From assembly GCA_964612455.1 (NCBI GenBank), contig CAZTCB010000003.1:1953-65952 (forward strand): 64,000 bases of DNA. Direction: 5' to 3'. The translations under genes and the position numbers were made by a program. Positions 57,200 to 64,000 of this stretch are shown here, in pieces. Every line of letters begins with the position of its first letter. Position 1 is the stretch's first letter. Under the pieces are notes generated by a model, which did not search any database, was not told the origin of the DNA, and saw only the letters and a list, made by a program, of their open reading frames with translations. This DNA is from an uncultured Subdoligranulum sp. GTDB lineage: Bacteria > Bacillota > Clostridia > Christensenellales > CAG-314.

Positions 57200-58065
57200 A
57201 CCGAATGATTATACAATTTTTTTAATTTAGTGTCAAGGGGTAAATTAAATAAAGCAAAATTGATTTGCGGTTGCTCGAGGACAAAAAAGGTTTTGTCGTC
57301 CGTCAGCACGGTAATCTGATAAAAACACTTGTCTTTGAGTTTTTTTACCACCGTTGCCAACGTTGTGTCGCCGTCAAAGACGAGACATTTTTTTTCAACC
57401 CCCTTTTTCGCCATACTTTTGCTGCCGCCGACGTAAACCCGCCGCGCATATATCGCTTTTTTAGTTTCGCCGCTACTCGCTACCACGAGAAAAAAACCGA
57501 AAAGCCCGCAGGAATAAAGGTTTATTTTTAAAAATATTCCCGTCAGAAACATAGCGAAAAAAACACAGCCGACGACCACGGCGACTACTCTGCCGATTTT
57601 TATGGATTTTTCGTAACCGCGTTTTTTTTGCAATACCGCCGCCAACACCCGTCCGCCGTCTAACGGATAACAAGGCAACAAATTGGTTAACGCCAACACC
57701 GCGTTGCAAATCGCAAGGTTTTCGGTCACCCCGTAGGACGACGGATAAATCCACCATGTCGCGACCACGAGTACCGCGACCACGACGTTGGACAACGGAC
57801 CGGCAATCGCGATTTTTATCGCCGAAGACGGTTCTACGTCGTCGAAATCGCCGTACAAGACGGCTCCGAATGCCGACAAACATACGTTTTTGCAGGTATA
57901 ACCGCATTTTTTCGCAACAAAAAAGTGTGCAAATTCATGAATAAGCACACTTAACGTGTAAAGCACAAACAACCAACCGCTTTTTGCAATAAAAGACACT
58001 GCCGCCAACAACCAAAAAGACGGTTTTACTACAAAATCAAAGCCTTTTTCGCTTAAATTTTCCAT
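57196..58065 (-). CDS. spoIVFB: Site-2 (M50) intramembrane metalloprotease SpoIVFB
   Basis: HEFAHFF (HExxH) and NLLPCYPLDGGR motifs, 6 TM helices and a C-terminal CBS-like domain. It is positioned after spoIVFA and minD as in Bacillus. Confidence 0.8.
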   Translation of the reverse strand: MENLSEKGFDFVVKPSFWLLAAVSFIAKSGWLFVLYTLSVLIHEFAHFFVAKKCGYTCKNVCLSAFGAVLYGDFDDVEPSSAIKIAIAGPLSNVVVAVLVVATWWIYPSSYGVTENLAICNAVLALTNLLPCYPLDGGRVLAAVLQKKRGYEKSIKIGRVVAVVVGCVFFAMFLTGIFLKINLYSCGLFGFFLVVASSGETKKAIYARRVYVGGSKSMAKKGVEKKCLVFDGDTTLATVVKKLKDKCFYQITVLTDDKTFFVLEQPQINFALFNLPLDTKLKKLYNHSV

Positions 58066-58685
58066 ACCAGAGTATAGTTGACGGTAGTTACGTCCTTTAC
58101 CACTTCGCCGTCGTAAATCAAGTTGACGGTAGCTGCGGAAGCGTATTTACCGAGTACCGCCTGCGTATCTATTTCGTCGCCGACGTTTACGAGTATCGTA
58201 TTTAATCCGCCGTACACTATCTGCAGTTTGTCGTCTACGCCGACCGTCACGGTATCGTCCGTCTTAGAAACGACCTTGCCCGCTTTAAAGTTTAACAATA
58301 TCTTGCCGCCCGATACGGTAATCGTGCCGTTTTCGACGTTGTCTACGGTAACGTTGATGGGTAAGATAATCGTTTTTTTATCCTGATTGACGGTATCGAA
58401 CACGTCGATGATATTTTGGGTATAAGTAGTTTTCGCAAACGCAAATACTTCTCCCGCGAAACCTTCGGTTACGACGCTCATCGCCACGAGCGTAGCCGCC
58501 ACGAGCAAAAAGACCAACCCTCTCGCAATCCATGTCGTCGCGCTTTTTTTATCTCCCGTTTTTCTTTTTCGGACGACGCTCAACGCTTTGTCCTCGTCCT
58601 GAATATAGTGCCTTTGAGTATAACTGATATCCAGCCAATCGTCTTCTATCGCCGCACATTCGCAAATCGTTACGTCTGAGTTCAT
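58053..58685 (-). CDS. spoIVFA: SpoIVFA-like protein (TM anchor plus degenerate LytM/M23 domain)
   Basis: 210 aa with one TM helix. The C-terminal beta-rich segment ...IVYGGLNTILVNVGDEIDTQAVLGKY resembles M23 without the catalytic His residues. It overlaps the spoIVFB start. Confidence 0.6.
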   Translation of the reverse strand: MNSDVTICECAAIEDDWLDISYTQRHYIQDEDKALSVVRKRKTGDKKSATTWIARGLVFLLVAATLVAMSVVTEGFAGEVFAFAKTTYTQNIIDVFDTVNQDKKTIILPINVTVDNVENGTITVSGGKILLNFKAGKVVSKTDDTVTVGVDDKLQIVYGGLNTILVNVGDEIDTQAVLGKYASAATVNLIYDGEVVKDVTTVNYTLVWKI

Positions 58686-58741
58686 ATTTACCTCCGTTTT
58701 TCTTTAAATAATATGAAACGACTTGCTATATTATACTCGTT

Positions 58742-59506
58742 TTAAACGTTTCTTTTTAGTTTACATTTTATTTTACCCAACAATCCGCCGTAGGGAAAAA
58801 CGCAGTCGTACATTCGCATCGTTCCGTTTGTCAGATTGTCCGCCAATACGTCGAAAAACTCGCTGTCGCCTCTGACAAAACCGTTGAGGTCGTCCCTCTC
58901 GGGGACAACGCCCAAAGGCGTAACCCCGAGTCTGTCAAAAATCTCTTGCGCCGGCGCCTGATAGCCCGATTTGACCAAATCTCCCCGCACTCTGTTGATT
59001 ACGGCGTAAACGTTGACGGGCGAAAACCTTTTGGCGTATTCCGCCGCCCTCAACGCGTCTTTGATACAGATATAGTGAGGAGTCACCACTATTATTACCT
59101 CTTCGGACGCCTTGAGCGCAAAGTTTAACGCCGAACCCACCCCCGCCGAACAGTCAAAAAACACGTAATCGAAGGCGCTTTCCTCCCGCATAATCATATC
59201 CGAAAAATCACCGAAACCGTTTTTGGCGGGATTAAAGCTGCCGCTCAGCAGACAATAAAGATTGGGAACGTTGGGATCGCTTATCAACGCTTGTTTAAGC
59301 CGACATTTTTTTTCGAGTACGTCGGCAACGTCAAATACGACGTTTTCTCTGCATGACAACAGCAAATCGAGACTGTTAAGCCCGAAATCGAGGTCTACCA
59401 ACAACACTCTTTTGCTCCTTTTTGCAATGGCGTAACCGAGGTTGGCAGTCAACGTGCTTTTGCCCACTCCGCCCTTGCCGCTTATTATACTGATTTTTCG
59501 CGCCAT
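58742..59506 (-). CDS. minD: Septum site-determining ATPase MinD
   Basis: The start is trimmed to MARKISIISGKGGVGKST (deviant Walker A). The C-terminus has an amphipathic tail. Confidence 0.85.
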   Translation of the reverse strand: MARKISIISGKGGVGKSTLTANLGYAIAKRSKRVLLVDLDFGLNSLDLLLSCRENVVFDVADVLEKKCRLKQALISDPNVPNLYCLLSGSFNPAKNGFGDFSDMIMREESAFDYVFFDCSAGVGSALNFALKASEEVIIVVTPHYICIKDALRAAEYAKRFSPVNVYAVINRVRGDLVKSGYQAPAQEIFDRLGVTPLGVVPERDDLNGFVRGDSEFFDVLADNLTNGTMRMYDCVFPYGGLLGKIKCKLKRNV

Positions 59507-59690
59507 ATATCTACCTCTTGCGTACAGTATAGCAACAAAAACCGATATTGCAAACGGGGCGGTAAAAACAGCGTTAAAAAGCCTTTTTACGACTTTTTTC
59601 GCGCAGTAAAAAAATCCCACTCGCACGGCGCAAAAACAAAACCGACGACGGTTTTTGTCAAATCGCGTTTAACTAATTGAAACCAAGTCG

Positions 59691-59719
59691 TTGACAAGGC
59701 AAAAAAATCAATATAAAAT
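59691..59719 (+). promoter_or_regulatory. SigmaA-type promoter of the ATP-grasp pair
   Basis: TTGACA, a 17-nt spacer, then TAAAAT, 16 nt upstream of the ATG at 59736. Confidence 0.65.
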
Positions 59720-59735
59720 AACTGAGGTGATTGAT

Positions 59736-60611
59736 ATGAAAAAGGATATTAACGGTACGATTATTATCAACGACATGCATGTTTCCTCGCCGAAATTCGT
59801 CGACACATGCAAGGCGTTTGACGCCGCTTGCAAAGCAAACGACGTCAGGCTGTCCGTAAAGACCAATTTTCAGTTTACCGATATTTTAAACGACGGATTT
59901 AAAACCGATTTCGTTTTGTTTTGGGACAAAGACGTACGGCTTGCAAGGAGACTCGAAAAATGCGGAATACGCGTTTTTAACAGCGCGCAATCGATAGACG
60001 ACTGCAACGACAAGTCCGCAACTTATCTCAAATTGCTCGGAAACGGTATAAAAATGCCGCGCACGTTGGTCGCTCCGTTTGTTTACTACAAACCGGACTG
60101 GGAGACTACTCCCTTTATATCCGAGGCGGAAAAAGTCCTTTCATACCCTTTAATAGTCAAGGAGTGTTTCGGTTCGTTCGGCAAACAGGTTTTTTTGGTA
60201 AAGGACAGGCGAGAGCTAATAGACGTCGTCGATTCTTTTGAAAAAAGACCTTTTCTCCTTCAGCGTTTTATCCCGACCAGCGAGGGGAGGGACATACGGA
60301 TTCAGGTGGTAGGTAAAGAAGTTGTCGCGACCATGTACAGATACAATGAAAACGATTTCAGGGCAAATATCACCAACGGCGGAAAAATGAAAAATTACGA
60401 ACCTACCGCCGCTCAATGCGAAACGGCGCTGAAAGCATGCGAAATACTCAAGCTGGACTTTGGCGGCGTCGATTTGTTGTTTGGCGAAGACGATACACCT
60501 ATACTGTGCGAAGTCAATTCCAACGCTCACTTTATCAATCTTTCAAAATGCACGGGCGTAAACGTCGCCGAAAAAATAATAGAATACGTACTCGGGGAGA
60601 TAACTAAATGA
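59736..60611 (+). CDS. RimK-like ATP-grasp ligase (paralogue 1)
   Basis: GAGGTG RBS. ATP-grasp core: YPLIVKECFGSFGKQVFLV, RDIRIQVVG, FRANITNGG, GGVDLLF...EVNSNAHF. Confidence 0.75.
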   Translation: MKKDINGTIIINDMHVSSPKFVDTCKAFDAACKANDVRLSVKTNFQFTDILNDGFKTDFVLFWDKDVRLARRLEKCGIRVFNSAQSIDDCNDKSATYLKLLGNGIKMPRTLVAPFVYYKPDWETTPFISEAEKVLSYPLIVKECFGSFGKQVFLVKDRRELIDVVDSFEKRPFLLQRFIPTSEGRDIRIQVVGKEVVATMYRYNENDFRANITNGGKMKNYEPTAAQCETALKACEILKLDFGGVDLLFGEDDTPILCEVNSNAHFINLSKCTGVNVAEKIIEYVLGEITK

Positions 60612-61459
60612 AACGAGGTTGGTTGATTTACTCCTCTTACGAAGCAGAGAGAAACCGTTTTTTTGCAGACAAATTGATTGCCGCCGCAAAAAAACGCGAT
60701 ATCGAGCTAAAACTGTTGCTCCGCGAAAAAATACAGTTGTCGCTGACGGACGGTTTCGCCGCCGTTAAGTACGACGGACAAGTGCAGGAAAACGCACTGT
60801 TTGCTTTAATGCGAACCGACGACTTTACCCTGTCTTTTCAGTTGGAGCAATGCGGAGTGCGAGTGTTTAACAAAGCAAATACGGCACGGATATGCAACGA
60901 CAAATACCTGTCTTATCTTTTTGCCGCACAACTGAATATCCCCGTCCCCGATACTTTTTTGGTGGATAAAAACACTGCGGATTGGCAAAATATAGACGCC
61001 GCGCTGTTTCCGTTGATATCGAAACCGCTCGACGGCAAAGGCGGCAAAAACGTCGTCATGTTAAACTCCGTTTCGGACTTTTTGAATGCCTCTAAAAATT
61101 ACGATAATCGGTTTTTACTGCAAAAAGTCGCAAAAAACGTCGGCGTGGACATGCGGGCGTACTGTATCGGCGGCAAATTTTTTACCGCAATCAAGCGGAT
61201 ATCGACGACGGACTTTCGCAGCAACTATTGTCTCGGCGGCAAAGCCGTACCCGCCGTCCCCGACGACGAGCAAACGGCTGCGATAAATAAAATATTGAAA
61301 AATCTGGATACGGATTACGTCGGTATCGATTTTATTTTTGACGGCGAAAAGGCTCTTTTTAACGAAATAGAGGACGTGGTCGGAGCGCGGACCGTGTACA
61401 ACCTGACATCCCTCGACATTGCCGACACTTTTATGGAGTACGTATCCGAAAACATCTGA
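60608..61459 (+). CDS. RimK-like ATP-grasp ligase (paralogue 2)
   Basis: ATGA overlap with paralogue 1. Core: FPLISKPLDGKGGKNVVML, VDMRAYCIGG, FRSNYCLGG, VGIDFIF...FNEIEDV. Confidence 0.75.
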   Translation: MKRGWLIYSSYEAERNRFFADKLIAAAKKRDIELKLLLREKIQLSLTDGFAAVKYDGQVQENALFALMRTDDFTLSFQLEQCGVRVFNKANTARICNDKYLSYLFAAQLNIPVPDTFLVDKNTADWQNIDAALFPLISKPLDGKGGKNVVMLNSVSDFLNASKNYDNRFLLQKVAKNVGVDMRAYCIGGKFFTAIKRISTTDFRSNYCLGGKAVPAVPDDEQTAAINKILKNLDTDYVGIDFIFDGEKALFNEIEDVVGARTVYNLTSLDIADTFMEYVSENI

Positions 61460-61465
61460 AAAAAC

Positions 61466-61503
61466 AAGCGAGGACTCAAAAAAATCCTCGCTTATTTTTT
61501 TTA
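61466..61503. terminator. Bidirectional intrinsic terminator
   Basis: Stem aagcgagga/tcctcgctt followed by a T-run, between convergent genes. Confidence 0.8.
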
Positions 61504-61514
61504 CTTTTTAAAAT

Positions 61515-62990
61515 TTACAATAAAAAACAAATCAATCCGCCCTTGTTTTCGTTAACTATGCGACCTACCGTCTTGCGTATTTTTAAGCGGGCATCCACTG
61601 GCATGGACGACGCCTTGTCGGACAAACTTTCTTTCGCAAGCTCGCTGATGCTCTTGCCGAACATATTGGTATTCCAGATACTCTGAGGATCGTTTTTAAA
61701 CTCGCTGAGCAGATATTGACTCTGTTGCTCTGTCCCTACCGTCGGATTGACCTCGGTAGTGACGTCGACCTTCATGATATGCCACGACGGAGCGGTTGCC
61801 CTGAGCCTTACGCCGTACTTGGAGCCCTGTTTGACAATCTCTGGCGACAACATTTCCATTCCGTCCATCGACGGATTGACGACGCCATAGCCGCTGACCT
61901 CTGCCTCATCCAACGCCGCGGAAAATTTTTCATACTTGTTGCATGCCTCAGCCGACTTTGAAACGAAACTCATGAGTCCGAACTCGTCCTCTATCGGCAC
62001 CCCCGCATACCCGCTCAAAATGCGGTAAAAGAGTCCTTCTTTTGGCTTTACGCTATAAACGATAACCCCCTCGCCGAGTTTTATCTGCTTGACGACGGGC
62101 GCAAAAACGTTTTCGTCGTCCGACGCGTTTTCCGTCATTTTAGAAAAATGTTTCATTTTGCTCATATCGGCGACGTTTTCTCGTACGGTCGTTATTATTT
62201 TTTCTATCACCTCGTTGTCGGCAGGCAAAGTGCGCATCCACTTTGGCATATCGACGACGATTTTTTTAATGGGAAACTCCTCGGTCAACGCAGACAACAC
62301 CGTTTCGCAATCGTCAACTCCCATATTTGCCACCGACATCGGCAAAACTCTTGCGTCGTGGCGTTGCTCCAACGCCTCCGCAAGCGCTTTACACTCGTCG
62401 GAATCGGGAGTTTTGCTGTTTAAAACTATTACGAACGGTTTGTTGATTTCCTTCAACTCGCCTATCACTCTCTCCTCTGCCGATACAAAGTTGGCACGCG
62501 GTATATCTGTGACGGTACCGTCGTTGGTCACGACGACCGCAACGGTGGAGTGTTCGCCCACTACTTTTTGAGTGCCGATTTCGGCGGCTTTGTCAAAGGG
62601 CATCGGCTCGGCAGACCACGGAGTAGTAACCATGCGCGGGGCGTCTTCGTCCGCACCGTCGCTTGCCCCGTCAACCATATAACCGACGCAATCGATAAGC
62701 CTTACGCTTGCGGACGACGCGTTGCCGAAAGTGATTTTTACCGCCTCGTTGGGGACAAACTTTGGCTGAGTGGTCATGATTACCTTGCCGTCCGCCGATT
62801 GTGGCAACTCGTCTATCGCTCTGTTTTTAACGTTTTTGTTTTTAATATTGGGTAACACCACGTTTTCCATAAATCGCGTGATAAAAGTTGACTTTCCCGT
62901 CCGTACCGGTCCGACCACGCCGATATAAAGGTCGCCGTTGGTACGAGTGGCTATAGTATCATAGATTTCGAGACTTTCTTTTCTTTCCAT
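61515..62990 (-). CDS. spoIVA: Stage IV sporulation protein A (coat basement-layer ATPase)
   Basis: MERKESLEIYDTIATRTNGDLYIGVVGPVRTGKSTFITRFME aligns with the B. subtilis SpoIVA N-terminus. About 490 aa. Confidence 0.93.
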   Translation of the reverse strand: MERKESLEIYDTIATRTNGDLYIGVVGPVRTGKSTFITRFMENVVLPNIKNKNVKNRAIDELPQSADGKVIMTTQPKFVPNEAVKITFGNASSASVRLIDCVGYMVDGASDGADEDAPRMVTTPWSAEPMPFDKAAEIGTQKVVGEHSTVAVVVTNDGTVTDIPRANFVSAEERVIGELKEINKPFVIVLNSKTPDSDECKALAEALEQRHDARVLPMSVANMGVDDCETVLSALTEEFPIKKIVVDMPKWMRTLPADNEVIEKIITTVRENVADMSKMKHFSKMTENASDDENVFAPVVKQIKLGEGVIVYSVKPKEGLFYRILSGYAGVPIEDEFGLMSFVSKSAEACNKYEKFSAALDEAEVSGYGVVNPSMDGMEMLSPEIVKQGSKYGVRLRATAPSWHIMKVDVTTEVNPTVGTEQQSQYLLSEFKNDPQSIWNTNMFGKSISELAKESLSDKASSMPVDARLKIRKTVGRIVNENKGGLICFLL

Positions 62991-63095
62991 ATGCGTCACT
63001 ACCTCCGCTGTTTTCTTTATACATTATGCCGTAAAAAAAGAAAAATACCAAAAAAAAGAAAACTCTTTCCTATACGAAAAACCTATTTACCTGTC

Positions 63096-63138
63096 TTAAA
63101 AACAAATCCGCCCGAAGGTAAACAAACCTTCGGGCGGA
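63096..63138 (-). terminator. Intrinsic terminator after the zinc-ribbon gene
   Basis: 13-bp stem tccgcccgaaggt/accttcgggcgga, followed by a T-rich run on the minus strand. Confidence 0.75.
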
Positions 63139-63150
63139 CGAGATTACCGT

Positions 63151-63891
63151 TTAATGCTCTTTATCGCAAAACATAAGGATAGCCAAAAGCCGACTCACGC
63201 AAATCAACGTGCAAACCTTAAATCCCATACTTATTTTTTTTCCTTTTGCTACTTGTTTAAGATAGTAAACCGCGTCAAATACAATAAAAGGATAATACCA
63301 AGCACAAATAATAAACGCGTCAAAAGTCTTAAATCCCGCCACCGCGACGCAGAGCAAGACAAAATAAATCGCCGATATCAATATCCAAAAGACTTTCGTA
63401 TATTTTACCAAACCGGAGTCTTTTCGCGGGGGCTCATAAACACCGTTGTCCGCACCGGGTTTTTTCAAGAATAAATATACGTCAAATACCGCATGCGTAT
63501 AAATTAACGCATAAAGCGGAACAAAAAACGAACTCGCCTCAGAAGTCTCGAATCCTGCCACTATAAAACTGAGAGAAACAAACCACACCACCAGCAACAA
63601 TATCCGAAACAGCCGTGATTTCGTAAGTTTTGCCAAACCGGAGTTTTTTCGCGGCGGCGTATCAACACCGTTGTCTGCATCGATTTGACTTTTTGCCAAC
63701 TCGGACTCGCACAGCTCGGTGTACGACTTGTATTCACTGTCACAAAAAGTCGGAATATTCTCCGTTTTTTGGGATTCTAACGGTTTTTTATCGACCTGCT
63801 CCGACAAATACCTCACATTGACAACTTTTCCGCAAAAAGGGCAAAAATCAGCGTCGTCATCAATCTGTTTTCCGCAATGATAACAGTACAT
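63151..63891 (-). CDS. Zinc-ribbon membrane protein with an internally duplicated 2-TM module
   Basis: The start is trimmed to MYCYHCGKQIDDDADFCPFCG (zinc ribbon) after a GAAGGA RBS. Two ~76-aa repeats each begin ADNGV(D/Y)(T/E)PPRK(N/D)SGL(A/V)K(L/Y)TK. Confidence 0.6.
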   Translation of the reverse strand: MYCYHCGKQIDDDADFCPFCGKVVNVRYLSEQVDKKPLESQKTENIPTFCDSEYKSYTELCESELAKSQIDADNGVDTPPRKNSGLAKLTKSRLFRILLLVVWFVSLSFIVAGFETSEASSFFVPLYALIYTHAVFDVYLFLKKPGADNGVYEPPRKDSGLVKYTKVFWILISAIYFVLLCVAVAGFKTFDAFIICAWYYPFIVFDAVYYLKQVAKGKKISMGFKVCTLICVSRLLAILMFCDKEH

Positions 63892-64000
63892 TAATTTTCC
63901 TTCTTTTGTATAAATATCCCAAATCGGGATATTAGATTTATACCACAATGGTATAATACTGTCAAGCATTTTTGAAACCAATTTAAAGAGATGGAATTCC

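Noticed and set aside
59507-59626. N-terminal extension of the minD ORF
   Set aside because: The MinD Walker A lies 8 residues after the internal Met (MARKISIISGKGGVGKS), and the extension has no homology.
63000-63090. SigmaE-like promoter upstream of spoIVA (GGCATAATGT as a possible -10)
   Set aside because: The resemblance to the sigmaE -10 (CATACA-T) is partial and the -35 is unclear, so it cannot be supported without a matrix scan or transcript mapping.

Overview
A 64-kb, gene-dense chromosomal segment from an endospore-forming Firmicute (Clostridia-like; roughly 45-55% GC in core genes from manual spot counts). I found no rRNA, CRISPR array, transposase or integrase. Most genes are on the minus strand and are housekeeping or sporulation functions. 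DNA repair and proteostasis: uvrA, uvrB, clpB, rho. Cell wall: ddl, a MurF-like ligase, and a PdaB-like deacetylase. t6A/RimI: tsaE-tsaB-rimI. Glycolysis: gap, fba, and a PPi-type phosphofructokinase. Isoprenoid and CoA: ispE, coaX. Sporulation and germination: spo0A, veg, a SipL/SpoVID-like protein, spoIIR, sleB-ypeB, minD-spoIVFA-spoIVFB, spoIVA. There are five tRNAs: Leu-UAG, Leu-CAA, Ile-GAU, Ala-UGC and Arg-CCG. There are two clear riboswitches, TPP upstream of thiT and FMN upstream of ribU, plus further solitary ECF S-component genes (queT and a PanT-like gene next to coaX). Several near-consensus sigmaA promoters and many intrinsic terminators are readable directly. The observations most worth follow-up are listed here. 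(1) The Spo0A orthologue has Gln instead of the phospho-acceptor Asp. (2) A MurF-like ligase has its N-terminal domain replaced by 4-5 TM helices, inside a fully translationally coupled tsaE-tsaB-rimI-hydrolase-murF-ddl string. (3) An RHH-domain protein is co-transcribed with clpB, and no CIRCE or CtsR operator is present. (4) An 81-aa protein with about 15 Cys and two hydrophobic segments lies beside sleB-ypeB. (5) A tandem RimK-like ATP-grasp pair has no visible substrate gene. (6) A 60-bp duplication of the tRNA-Leu 3' end plus its terminator resembles an att-like scar. (7) An AT-rich two-gene surface-protein islet follows fba. No complete defence or mobile system could be supported from the sequence alone.
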